Positions 44,572 to 55,842 of a stretch of DNA of 64,000 bases are shown in pieces. A program made the translations under genes and the position numbers. This stretch comes from Candidatus Marinacidobacterales bacterium (lineage in GTDB: Bacteria > Acidobacteriota > Vicinamibacteria > Marinacidobacterales > DATDRI01), in NCBI GenBank assembly GCA_965219415.1, contig CBDCNP010000002.1, positions 5,600,001 to 5,664,000 on the forward strand. Reading direction: 5' to 3'. The stretch's first letter is position 1. Each line of letters opens with the position of its first letter. The notes beneath the pieces are model-generated. The model saw only the letters and a program-made list of their open reading frames with translations, was not told the DNA's origin and did not search any database.

Positions 44572-44658
44572 GTGATGCTCCCCTCTTGAGCGCCGTCGCT
44601 GACCATCGTAGCGGGCCTGACAGCCCGACGGGCAGGTGAGAGATGCGACTCCGTGCCG

Positions 44659-45606
44659 TTATTGGGGCGCGGCGGCGCGGTCCAGGGCAGGCGGCAGACT
44701 GAAGCGGACGTTCTCGACGATGCCGTCCATCGTGGAGATTTCCAGGTCGGCGTACTCGCGCAGCTTCTCGATCAGGTCGTGCACCAGTTCCTCGGGGGTC
44801 GAGGCGCCGGCGGTAATGCCGATGCTCTTCTTCCCCCGCAACCATGCGGGACCGAGCTTCGACGGGTCCTCGACCAGGTAGCTCGGCACGCCGCTGTCGT
44901 TGCTGACTTCGCACAAGCGGTTGGAGTTGGAGCTGTTCTGGGCGCCGACCACCAGCACCAGGTCCACGATGGAGGCCAGCGTGCGCACGGCAGCCTGACG
45001 GTTCTGGGTCGCGTAGCAGATGTCCTTGACGTCCGGACCGACGATTTTCGGGAATCGCCGCCGCAGGGCCGAGATCACGTCCAGGGTATCGTCGACCGAC
45101 AGGGTCGTCTGGGTGATGTAGGCGACCTTGTCGGGGTCGCGTACCTGCAGCGCTTCCACCCCGTCCACATCGCTCACTAGAAAAACCGGCCCCGGAATCT
45201 GGCCGACGGTGCCTTCCACCTCGGGGTGGTTCTCGTGGCCGATCAGGATGATGTCGTAGCCGTTGGCCGCGTAGCGCCGGCCCTCTATGTGCACCTTGGA
45301 GACCAGCGGGCAGGTGGCATCCAGCGGACGCAGGCCGCGCACCGACGCGTCCTGCTCGACCTTCTCCGACACGCCGTGGGCGCTGAACACCGTGATGGCC
45401 CCATTGGGAATCTGATCGATCTGTTCGACGAAGCGTACGCCTTTCGCCTTCAGGTTTTCCACGACCCGAAGATTATGGACGATTTCGTGCCGCACATAGA
45501 TTGGGGGCCCGTACTGTTGCAGCGCCGCTTCGACGATCTCGATGGCGCGCTCGACACCGGCACAAAACCCGCGCGGTTGCGCTAGAATGACTTGTATCGT
45601 TCTCAC
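44659..45606 (-). CDS. ispH: 4-hydroxy-3-methylbut-2-enyl diphosphate reductase
   Basis: [36 protein letters not shown] and GASTP motifs. Confidence 0.96.
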   Translation of the reverse strand: MRTIQVILAQPRGFCAGVERAIEIVEAALQQYGPPIYVRHEIVHNLRVVENLKAKGVRFVEQIDQIPNGAITVFSAHGVSEKVEQDASVRGLRPLDATCPLVSKVHIEGRRYAANGYDIILIGHENHPEVEGTVGQIPGPVFLVSDVDGVEALQVRDPDKVAYITQTTLSVDDTLDVISALRRRFPKIVGPDVKDICYATQNRQAAVRTLASIVDLVLVVGAQNSSNSNRLCEVSNDSGVPSYLVEDPSKLGPAWLRGKKSIGITAGASTPEELVHDLIEKLREYADLEISTMDGIVENVRFSLPPALDRAAAPQ

Positions 45607-45666
45607 TTTGAACGACCGCTCCCTCTTTGGCTTCGTAGCTGTACAACACCGCGAGCCTCATCGCAG

Positions 45667-45695
45667 AGAGTGCCTGCCTAGCGGACCGATGTCAA
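45667..45695 (-). promoter_or_regulatory. Putative ispH promoter
   Basis: TTGACA-17 bp-CACTCT; shares TTGACATCGGTCCGC with 15015. Confidence 0.6.
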
Positions 45696-45742
45696 CCACC
45701 CAGGGCCCGGACGAAGGCCTTGCCGGAAGCGCCCGGCCCCGC

Positions 45743-45772
45743 TTGACAGCCCCACGGTGAAGTCCATATAAC
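45743..45772 (+). promoter_or_regulatory. Putative squalene synthase promoter, divergent from ispH
   Basis: TTGACA-18 bp-TATAAC. Confidence 0.6.
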
Positions 45773-45809
45773 TTCCATTAGGCGAAGAGAAAATGGGACA
45801 CGCGTCAGG

Positions 45810-46910
45810 ATGACGGCGTCCTCCTCGAACGTGTCGACGAAGGGCGACCTCGCCTACCAGGCTGCGATCCTGCAAGGCGTGTCCCGCACCTTTGCGCTCA
45901 CGATTCCGCAGCTTCCAGGCGCTCTCCGTGACGTGGTGGGCAATGCCTATCTCCTGTGCCGAATCACAGACACCATTGAGGACGAGCCCACGCTGTCCGC
46001 CGGGCAGAAGCAGGCGTTTGCGGAACGCTTCGTCGAGGTCGTGGCCGGTCGAGAAGCAGCGGAGCCGTTCGCGCGCGAGCTCGGCGCGGGGCTGTCGTCG
46101 TCGTCGACCGCCAGCGAGCATGACCTGATCGCCAACACCGCCCGGGTCATCCGCATCACAAACGGGTTTCGTGCTGCCCAACGAGGCGCGCTCGAACGCT
46201 GCGTGCGGATCATGGCGCACGGCATGGCGGAGTTTCAGCAGCACGTGACAGCCGCCGGCTTGAACGACCTGCCCCACCTCGATCGCTATTGCTACCACGT
46301 CGCCGGCGTGGTCGGCGAGATGCTCACCGAGCTGTTCTGCGACTACTCCGCCGAAATCAACGAACGTCGCAACGAACTGCTCCCGCTGGCAGTCTTCTTC
46401 GGCCAAGGGCTGCAGATGACCAACATCCTCAAGGATGTATGGGACGACCGGCAGCGCGGGGCGTGCTGGCTGCCGCGGGACATCTTCCTTGAAGCCGGGT
46501 TCGAGCTGCGCTCCCTGTCCGCGGGGCAAAATGACCCCCGCTTCACCGACGGGCTGTTCACGCTGGTGGGGATCGCCCGCCAGCATCTGGCGGACGCGTT
46601 GCGGTTCATCCAGCTCATTCCGGCCCATGAAACCGGCATTCGCCGACACTGCCTGTGGGCCTTGGGGATGGCCGTGCTGACCCTGCGCCGCATTCACGCG
46701 ACGCCAACGTTCCGGAACGAGCGGGAGGTCAAGATCTCGCGCCGCAGCGTGCGTGCGGTCACCGTAGTCACCAGCACCCTGGTGCGCTCGAATTTGGCGC
46801 TGACGCTCCTCTTCAAGGCGCTGACCCGCGGCCTCCCCCAAGCCGAAGCAGCACGGGCTCCGGACAAGCGTAAAAGCAAGCCCTTGAAGAGTATCCACCA
46901 CAAGTCATGA
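45810..46910 (+). CDS. Squalene/phytoene synthase family, single-enzyme squalene synthase type
   Basis: [35 protein letters not shown] and VKISR motifs. Confidence 0.88.
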   Translation: MTASSSNVSTKGDLAYQAAILQGVSRTFALTIPQLPGALRDVVGNAYLLCRITDTIEDEPTLSAGQKQAFAERFVEVVAGREAAEPFARELGAGLSSSSTASEHDLIANTARVIRITNGFRAAQRGALERCVRIMAHGMAEFQQHVTAAGLNDLPHLDRYCYHVAGVVGEMLTELFCDYSAEINERRNELLPLAVFFGQGLQMTNILKDVWDDRQRGACWLPRDIFLEAGFELRSLSAGQNDPRFTDGLFTLVGIARQHLADALRFIQLIPAHETGIRRHCLWALGMAVLTLRRIHATPTFRNEREVKISRRSVRAVTVVTSTLVRSNLALTLLFKALTRGLPQAEAARAPDKRKSKPLKSIHHKS

Positions 46911-47506
46911 GACCACGACATGGGCGCAGTTTCTTCGGAGTCACTGGGACACCCTTGCCGCTGCCGATTTCTTCACCACCGAAATCTGGACTCCCGCGGG
47001 TCTGGTTACGTTCTACGTCTTGTTCGCGATTCAGCTGAAGACCCGCCGGGTCCATATCTCGATACCCACACCAAACCCGGACCGAGTCTTCATGAAACAA
47101 ATAGCGCTCGACCTTGCCGCGTTCGACGACAGCTTTCTCCGAGGCTACTCGCACCTCATCATCGACCGAGATTCGAAATACACAACGGAGTTTCGAGAAG
47201 TTCCTGAAGGAAAACGACGTGGACATCGTCCCGATTCCGACAAAATCTCCGAACTGCAATCCTCACGCGGAGCGCTTCGTGCGCTCGGTCAAACAGGAGT
47301 GCCTGAACAGGATGGTCTTGCTTGGCCGGAATGCGTTGGAACGTGCTCTCCGCGAATATCGTCTCCATTATCTGCGTGAGAGAAATCACCAGGGTCTCGG
47401 CAACCGTTTGCTAGACGATTTTCCCCAGGACGCGGATGGGCCCAGCGTCGAGTGCCGCGAGCGGCTCGGCGGCCTACTTCGTTATTACTATCGTGCGGCT
47501 GCCTGA
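46910..47506 (+). pseudogene. rve-type transposase, 3' half (frameshifted)
   Basis: DFFT, IDRDSKY, SPNCNPHAERFVRSVKQECL, ERNHQGLGN and ERLGGLLRYY motifs. Confidence 0.85.
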
Positions 47507-47616
47507 GTAGATACGTTCGAGTGCCGTCCGAGCCGCCCCGTGGGTTTCGTATCGTCGTGGCATTGACCTCGGCTGGAGGCCCATCGAAACCTCGCTTCGC
47601 GCAGATCCTGAAGACA

Positions 47617-48233
47617 CCGTCTGGTCAAAATACTCGAACGCCCAGCGGGTCAGCAGTTTGCACCTTTCCAAAGGCTGCTTGAATCCGCCATCGTGGTCGG
47701 ATACGTATTCCAGTTCAGCGGAAGGAGTCGCGATGGACTGGAAGACCATGCTGAGCTACATCTCAGGGTCCGTGGATGAGGAGTTGCTCCTGCGCAACGA
47801 GTATCTTGTGGCCGAGAATCGAGTTCTTCGCAATCAGGTCCAGGGTCGCTTGCGTCTGACCGATGGCGAACGGCGGTCTCTGGCCGAGCTCGGAAAGCGT
47901 CTGGGTAAGCAAGCCCTTGATGAGGTCGCGAGTATCGTGAACCCCGACACGATCCTAGGTTGGCACCGGAGGCTTGTTCGCGAAGAAGTTCGACAGCTCC
48001 AAGAACCGTCAGTATCCAGGGCGACCGCGGGTCGACGCCGACATCGAAGAGCTGGTGGTGCGTCTCGCCAAAGAGAACAAGTCCTTGGGGTTACGACTGG
48101 ATTGCCGGTGCACTAGCCAACCTCGGGCATGAAGTGGCCGACCAAACCGTCGGTAACATTCTGAAACGCCACGGCATTCCGCTCGCACCAGAGCGTCGTA
48201 AGACCACGATGTGGAGGGAGTTCATCCGCTCGC
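47617..48233 (+). mobile_element. rve-type IS (type F), left end and 5' half
   Basis: CCGTCTGGTCAAAATACTCG terminus; encodes DEELLLRNEYLVAENRVLR...PDTILGWHR. Confidence 0.85.
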
Positions 48234-49010
48234 TGTGCTCCGCAAAAAGTCGATCCAGCGTTGATTGCACGGTTTAGACCTGCCATGTTTGGCTGCTTCG
48301 TGCCGCCCGCCTCTCCCGTCGGCGCAAACGCTCATTTCGGAAATCAGGATTCGAGACCGAGACCGAAAATGAGGCTTGTTCCGCACTTCCTGCGCGTGTC
48401 CCGAACGGCACACTTCGGGTAAGAGCAGTCGCAAGGTTCGCGCACCAAATCGAGCAGTTTTGGTGTTAGAGGCTTCGAGCGCGGGTTGTCGCTGAGCCCG
48501 AGCGTGGAGGTTGGGTACTCCGAGACGGGAGCGGGTGTGGACATCGGCGCCAAGTAGTGACCGAGGCACACGGGCTGTGCGCCGGGGAAGAACCACAGGA
48601 GGTCCGGACCCTGGTTGAGGTCCAATCCGAGACAAGTAAAGACATGAAGGACGCTCAGGCGCACCTGGACCAGAACGTGCTAGGGCAGCTACGCCGCGGT
48701 AGCCTCGGCCTCGATTCTGGTCTCTCGGGTGGCCTCTTTTCCGCTGCCGCCCGGCCCCCGGACAGCACCCGCTCCCCTATTTGGCGCAAACGTGTCCCTC
48801 GGAAATCGAGATTAGAGACCAAAACCGAAAATGAAGCCCTTTCAGCCCTTCTAGCACGTCTCTGGTGAACACCTAGTCCTGCAAAACCCCGCCAACCGCG
48901 CGGAAAATCTCCCCTGTCTCTGCGGTGCCGCATTTGCCGGACTGGGTGGCGGTGGGCGTAGTCTGGAGCTATCCGGTCTCGGCTGGAAACTATGAATAAC
49001 AGGGAATTTG
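48234..49010 (+). repeat. Repeat G, long copy
   Basis: Type D terminus; homologous to 38580-39143 with an extra internal segment; ends in TGGCGGTGG...CCGGTCTC...AACAGGGAATTT. Confidence 0.8.
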
Positions 49011-49367
49011 GGCTATTATTGCGCTGATTGGACCGTTTTCCCACGTGATGACTCTCCAGATTTCAAATGGTTAGCAGGCAATTCCCTGCCTCTTTCAACG
49101 CCTTGCGACGGTCGCTTGAGAACCGCGCAAAGCGTCTGGAGGGCGGTCTCAAGCGCCCCCCAGGAAAACTGGTGCGGGACGAGGGACACTTAAAAAAGAT
49201 GGGAGTGGAATGGTCAAGATCCTCTTACTCGATCTTCGTCGCTTATCACACTCCGCACTTCTCCCACGCCAATTGGTTCCGATTGTCGCCGTGCTGAAGC
49301 AACTGGAGGCATGGAGCGGGAGAGCGGAAAGGCATCAGGCGCTGGACCAGTTTTCCCGGCGGGACTT

Positions 49368-49620
49368 GAAATGGGCACCGTTCCCCTGTTGACGCGCGAC
49401 GGCGAGGTCGAGATCGCGAAACGGATCGAGCGCGGTCAACTGCGCGTCCGGCAGGTGCTTTCCAGAACCCCGATCATGATCAAGGAGATCATGAGCCTGG
49501 GAGAGGGGCTTAAGAGGGACCCCAACAGCATCAAGGACGTGATCACGTTCACCGAAGACGACCTGACTGAAAGCACGATCGAGAACAAGTACGCCGAGAC
49601 CATCGCCGGGATCGGAGAGG
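49368..49620 (+). pseudogene. rpoD: Internal fragment of primary sigma factor (region 1.2)
   Basis: Encodes EMGTVPLLTRDGEVEIAKRIERG. Confidence 0.8.
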
Positions 49621-49690
49621 GCGGGGACCTTCTTGACCGGCCGTTCGGCAATCCCGTGGAACGCTTCGGCCGAGTCGAGGACACGCCAGC

Positions 49691-50728
49691 TTGACTGAGA
49701 TGGGCAAACTTTCGCTCGCCACGATCGCACGCGCGCTTGACGCGATGCTGGACGATCAGATGACGGCACAGGCGCGTATCGCCGCACATCTTGTGGTCGC
49801 GGCCGGGGATGACTCGGCGCGCGTGATCGAGACCCTCGACGCCATCGTCGCGAGCACGGTGCTCGACGAGATCTGGATCACGGACGAGCAGGGCGTGGCC
49901 TATCTCACCACCGTCCGGGATGAAACCGGCGCGCTGGTGCCTTTCCGGTTCGGTCCCGATCCCGCGGTGCAGCCGCAGGCCTCGACGTTCTATACCCTGC
50001 TTGCATCTTCCCTCGATAGCGACGATGCCGTGACACAGCCGGCGCAGGTGCGGGAGATCGATCACGAGATCTACAAGTACGTCGGAGTCAGCGGTGTCGA
50101 CCGGCATCGGATTGTGCAAGTGGGCAATGCGCCGGCCTTTGACGAGCAGGACGTCTTGAGCAATGCCTATACCTCGCCGGTCATGACGGCGGTAATGGCG
50201 GCCTTTGGCGAGCCGAAGATTCTGAGCAACACCTATACCAGTCGGCTGGCCGAAATAAGGATCGTCCTTGAGGGGGTCCTCGGCCAGCAAATGATCGTGC
50301 AGGCCACGCTCGTGGATTACTTCGTAGCGGCCGCCGAGGAGGCCGGGTGGCCGACCGCGGAGATCCACGGCAGGCTGCGCCGCATCGTGGACTCCACCAT
50401 GATAGGCGAGATTCACGTCGTGACCCTGGGCGGCGATGCGGTCTACACCAGCCTTCCGTCGTTCCCCGCGAGCCACTTCCCGGCCGGCCTGCCGCATGCC
50501 GATGATCGGGTTCGGCTCACGGAAGGGACGACGCAAGTCATGTATGACACCGCGCCGCGGGCCTCGGACGGCGCCGTCTACAAGTACGTCACGGTCGCCA
50601 GCGCAAACTCTCCACGTTGGGTGCAGGTGGGCCTGCCGATCGCAAGCAGTTCCCCCGTGTCCCTGGGTTCCCCACCATCCGCAGTTGGAAGCGCGGATCC
50701 GGAGGTGGAACCGGAAGGTCGGACATAG
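49691..50728 (+). CDS. Soluble protein with two tandem Cache-like sensory repeats
   Basis: Repeats QMTAQA..DEIWITD..YKYVGV..RIVQVG and QMIVQA..GEIHVVT..YKYVTV..RWVQVG. Confidence 0.65.
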   Translation: MTEMGKLSLATIARALDAMLDDQMTAQARIAAHLVVAAGDDSARVIETLDAIVASTVLDEIWITDEQGVAYLTTVRDETGALVPFRFGPDPAVQPQASTFYTLLASSLDSDDAVTQPAQVREIDHEIYKYVGVSGVDRHRIVQVGNAPAFDEQDVLSNAYTSPVMTAVMAAFGEPKILSNTYTSRLAEIRIVLEGVLGQQMIVQATLVDYFVAAAEEAGWPTAEIHGRLRRIVDSTMIGEIHVVTLGGDAVYTSLPSFPASHFPAGLPHADDRVRLTEGTTQVMYDTAPRASDGAVYKYVTVASANSPRWVQVGLPIASSSPVSLGSPPSAVGSADPEVEPEGRT

Positions 50729-50746
50729 CTTTGGATGCAGGCATAG

Positions 50747-51406
50747 ATGTCGACCAAAGGATCACCGAACAGAGACGGCCCCGAACGCGGCGGCAATCCA
50801 ACTCAGTCGCCCAGCGCAAAACACATCTGCGTCTATCTGGCCGGGAACATCGGAAACCGCGAAGAGCATGTCCGACAGGCCGAGACCCTGGGCCGCCTGA
50901 TGGCGACGGAAGGGATCGGTCTGGTGTACGGCGGGGCGCGGGTCGGGCTGATGGGCGCTCTGGCCGACGCCGTCCTTGCGCACGGCGGCAGCGTCACCGG
51001 CGTCATCCCACGACATCTGGAATACCAGGACGTGGCCCACGACGGCCTGAGCCAACTGCATGTGGTCGACACCATGCATGAACGGAAATACAAGATGCAG
51101 TCGTTGGCGGACGCGTCGCTGGCCTTGCCCGGGGGCTTTGGAACGATCGAGGAGATATTCGAAGCGCTCACCTGGGCGCAGATCGAGCTGCATGAGAAGC
51201 CTTGCGTCTTGCTGAACAGCGACGGCTACTACGACTACCTGTTCAAGTTCCTGGACCACGCGGTCGCCGAGGGGCTGCTGAAGGGGAAAAACCGGGCGTT
51301 GGCCCTGCAGGCGCCGACCGCCGAATCGGCGTTGCAGATGATCCGGTCGGCCTGGGCCAAAAAAGAAGATGCCCTGGTCCAGACGTTGCGGGCCTACCGG
51401 CGTTGA
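50747..51406 (+). CDS. LOG-family nucleotide phosphoribohydrolase
   Basis: LVYGG..GLMG, MHERK and PGGFGTIEE motifs. Confidence 0.92.
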   Translation: MSTKGSPNRDGPERGGNPTQSPSAKHICVYLAGNIGNREEHVRQAETLGRLMATEGIGLVYGGARVGLMGALADAVLAHGGSVTGVIPRHLEYQDVAHDGLSQLHVVDTMHERKYKMQSLADASLALPGGFGTIEEIFEALTWAQIELHEKPCVLLNSDGYYDYLFKFLDHAVAEGLLKGKNRALALQAPTAESALQMIRSAWAKKEDALVQTLRAYRR

Positions 51407-51457
51407 AGCCCTGATGGAGCGGGGCGCCGGTATCGTAACGCCGGGGCGTGTCGCAGC

Positions 51458-51799
51458 TTAGGCGAAGACGTCCAGAGCCGCTCGGCACGACTCCTTGATC
51501 ACGATGATCCGGTCGAAACCGCTGATTCGGAAGACCTCCTCGATGTGTTTCCTCATGGCGCAGAGAACGATCCGCCCCTGGCTCGCCTGCAGCGCCCGTG
51601 TGGCGAGCAGAGCGACCCGCAGACCGACGCTGCTGATGAAGTCGAGACGGCTGAAATCGACGATCAGATGCCGCTCACCGCTGTTGATGTGCTCCATGAC
51701 GATCGATTCGAACGCGCTGGCGTTCCCGCTGTCCAGGCGTCCGATGGGGAACAGCACGAGCACATCGTGATGCCGTTCTTCCGCAACTTCGATATCCAT
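51458..51799 (-). CDS. STAS-domain anti-sigma-factor antagonist
   Basis: GRLDS, DFISSVGLR and VFRISGF motifs. Confidence 0.9.
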   Translation of the reverse strand: MDIEVAEERHHDVLVLFPIGRLDSGNASAFESIVMEHINSGERHLIVDFSRLDFISSVGLRVALLATRALQASQGRIVLCAMRKHIEEVFRISGFDRIIVIKESCRAALDVFA

Positions 51800-51878
51800 C
51801 GGTGACACCAGCCGGCGTGCGGTGTGGATTCCACCGCACTCCACGCCTGTCGGCGCGGAGCCTCATTGAAGCGGTCCG

Positions 51879-52697
51879 TCAGAACCGCCAGATCACCAGC
51901 AGTTGCGGCACGTTGTCATCTTCGTCTGCGCCCAGCTTGTTCCGCCAGTACTGGTACTCTATTCCCACCAGCAATTGATTCGCCGCTCCAAACAACGCTC
52001 CCAAATCCCAGGTGAGTTGGGGCTGCGCGAGAATCCAGCCCCTACCTCGATTGCCGAACTCGTCCCTCGTCCCGCCGATGTACTCGGCATGACCGCCAAA
52101 CAAGAATGATTGGCTGCCGAGCTGAAAGGGGAGCGCCCAACTGACATCGAACATGAAGCTGCTGCTGGTTCGGGGAGCGCCACCTCCCTTGACGCCGCTG
52201 TTGGCGTCGATGAAGGCCGTCAAGTCGGTGTTAAGGAACGCGAAGCCCGGCACCTGCCAGGACGCTCGCACGCCGGGCAGGTACTTGAAGACGTCGGCGT
52301 CCGCGCCGAAGTTGATGCCGCCGATGAGCGCGATGTCGCGGATCGGCCCCAGCTGAAACTCCGTGCCTGACAGCTTGCTGAAGCTCAGGGTTGGATACCA
52401 CTCCCCATAGAGGTCCTTGTCGTTGAAACCGTCATGACCGCCATCGTCGAGGATGTCGACAAAAAAGTAGCTGTCTCCCAACCGCCAACTCGTCGCATGC
52501 TGGACGGTGAGTATGGAGGTGTATTCCCGTGCGCCCGAGAACGGGTTCGTGAGCTTGCCATACTGATAGTGGAATTCGGCCTGTGCGGCTGCCGCCGAGG
52601 CGGACGCCAGAACCAGGAACGCACCCAGGACGCATCGCAGCAGGCCCGGTAGATGGGAGTGCACGGTCATGGGGTGTGCCTTCTTCACATTCGTCAT
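51879..52697 (-). CDS. Tsx/OmpK-like nucleoside-specific outer-membrane channel
   Basis: Signal peptide; GDSYFFVD, YGEWYP, QPQL.WD and GIEYQYW.NK motifs; terminal Phe. Confidence 0.75.
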   Translation of the reverse strand: MTNVKKAHPMTVHSHLPGLLRCVLGAFLVLASASAAAAQAEFHYQYGKLTNPFSGAREYTSILTVQHATSWRLGDSYFFVDILDDGGHDGFNDKDLYGEWYPTLSFSKLSGTEFQLGPIRDIALIGGINFGADADVFKYLPGVRASWQVPGFAFLNTDLTAFIDANSGVKGGGAPRTSSSFMFDVSWALPFQLGSQSFLFGGHAEYIGGTRDEFGNRGRGWILAQPQLTWDLGALFGAANQLLVGIEYQYWRNKLGADEDDNVPQLLVIWRF

Positions 52698-52862
52698 TGT
52701 CCGAGCCTGATAATCGACGCTATGGCGCCGGGGTGAACCCGCAACGAATCCAGCTGCAGGCAGTGCTTGGAAAATTCATCGATCCGGTTTCGTTCACACC
52801 GTATGACTGTGTCTCCGCCTTCCTCCGATAAGCCGCCGCACTGTGCAAGGATCGGGGTGCGG

Positions 52863-53201
52863 TCAGAACAAATTCATGGAAGCCTTACGGGAGTTCTGGA
52901 TCGGGATGAGCTGATCGAAGCCGCTGATCATGAAAACTTCATGGATGTGCTCATGCATGTCGCACAGGACGAGCTTCCCCTGGGTTGCGCTGAGCTTCTT
53001 GGCCGCGATGAGAAGCACCCTCAGGCCGGAACTACTGATGAAGTTCAGACGGCTGAAATCGACGATCAAGCGCTGTTCGCCTTTGCTGATGTGATCCATG
53101 ACGATGGATTCGAATGCGCGTGCGTTCGTGCTATCGAGCCGGTCGACCGGCAACAGCACCAAGACGTCGTTGTCTCGTTCTTCAACAACTTCAATGTTCA
53201 T
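52863..53201 (-). CDS. STAS-domain anti-sigma-factor antagonist (paralog)
   Basis: RLDS and NFISSSGLR motifs. Confidence 0.9.
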   Translation of the reverse strand: MNIEVVEERDNDVLVLLPVDRLDSTNARAFESIVMDHISKGEQRLIVDFSRLNFISSSGLRVLLIAAKKLSATQGKLVLCDMHEHIHEVFMISGFDQLIPIQNSRKASMNLF

Positions 53202-53249
53202 CGATACGCCTCTTCCTCGGGTCGGGAGCGATTCCCGACGGTGTTATTG

Positions 53250-53675
53250 CTATGCGGGCTTGAGATCGTGCTCCAAGGTCAAACGGTTCTTGCCCCCCAC
53301 GAACTCGTAGGAGATGCGGCTGGCGAAGTTCTTGACCAGATGGAGGCCCAAGCCGCCCACGTTACGAGCTTCCAGCGGCGCCGCGGTGTCCGGGTCTGTG
53401 TTGAGGGTCGGGTCGAACGGACTCCCATTGTCCTCCATCGTTAGGATCAGGATATCGCACTTGACCTTCAAGTGGATATCGATCCTGGGATCGACCCCGG
53501 CCTCGAAGCTGCCGTGAGTCACGGTGTTCGTGATTAACTCGTCCAGTTCCAGGTTGATGGCGAAAACTTTCAGTGCGGGCACGTTATTGGCCTCTCCGAA
53601 ATCTTCAACCATGGTCGCCAGATCGCGGAGCTCGGACAGCCGGACGGGTAGTGTGACACGTAATTCATCAGACAT
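53250..53675 (-). CDS. RsbW/SpoIIAB-like anti-sigma factor kinase (HATPase_c)
   Basis: DELITN, EDNG.PFDP and GGLGLHLV motifs. Confidence 0.9.
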   Translation of the reverse strand: MSDELRVTLPVRLSELRDLATMVEDFGEANNVPALKVFAINLELDELITNTVTHGSFEAGVDPRIDIHLKVKCDILILTMEDNGSPFDPTLNTDPDTAAPLEARNVGGLGLHLVKNFASRISYEFVGGKNRLTLEHDLKPA

Positions 53676-53755
53676 AGTGTTGGTTGCTCCTTGACGATTT
53701 AAGCCGTTCTAACCTCCACAGCATTCCGCGTGCGATCACGCAGGGAAACGAACCT

Positions 53756-54028
53756 TCACGATTCCGTGAAGCTCAGCGGCGCCGCAGGACGAGGCAGGTC
53801 ATGTCGTCGGTTCGTGTCCTCGGCGATCGCGGCGACCTCGGCGGCAATCGTGGCGATATCGGCGCGCCCGAGGAAAGCGGACTTGATCGCCGACTGGGAC
53901 GCCGCCATGAACAGGGCCGCGGCCACCCCCTTGCCCGAGACGTCGCCGATGGTGAAGAACAGCATCCCGTCCGACGGCCCCACGACATCGACGAAATCGC
54001 CACCCACTTGCTTCGCCGGAGTCATCCG
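53756..54028 (-). pseudogene. SpoIIE/RsbU PP2C phosphatase remnant
   Basis: VGGDFVD and GDVSGKGVAAAL, then an internal deletion to DDMTCLVL; 5' part replaced by IS256-type DNA. Confidence 0.85.
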
Positions 54029-54470
54029 CGCACGGTGTCGAGCTCATCGGGGGAGGCATTGACGCCCATCTTTCTGAGCGCGGTTTTCGCGGCATTTACC
54101 GAGCGAGCGGAGCTAAGCACCCCGAGGAGAAGGGACTGGAGCTCTTCGGAATATCCGCGCTCGTAAGGTGGAGGGAGTGAGTTCGGTCGAAACTGACCAC
54201 TGCGAGTTCTGGGCACGCGGATGTCGACGGGCATGGAGCCGACATTCAACGAGCGCTCATAGCCGCCGTTACCTTTGTCGCCGGTGGCCTCGGCAAGGTA
54301 AGCGCAGCGCTCGGCTTGCCCCGCGGCGGAGAGCATCATTCCCAAGAGCTCTCGAACGCTGAAATTCTCAAGGCCGGCGCTGAGCAGGCGGTCGATTTCC
54401 TTGTCGAGAGACTCGGACAGAGTTTTTTGTGATACGTTGGATTCCGGATCTGTAGGCATTGCTTGGTTCC

Positions 54471-55786
<1,316 letters not shown>

Positions 55787-55809
55787 TCCTTTCAAGTAAA
55801 CGGGTCCTT

Positions 55810-55842
55810 GCCCCAAGGTGGCAGCCTTGGGGCTTTTCTTTT
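55810..55842 (+). terminator. Intrinsic terminator-like hairpin
   Basis: GCCCCAAGG-loop-CCTTGGGGC followed by TTTTCTTTT. Confidence 0.6.

Noticed and set aside
48944-48985. tRNA gene at TGGCGGTGG...
   Set aside because: Only a degenerate tRNA-3'-like stub; no cloverleaf can be formed
44659-51406. IspH plus LOG as a cytokinin biosynthesis cluster
   Set aside because: No isopentenyltransferase is present, and the two genes lie in separate IS-bounded blocks
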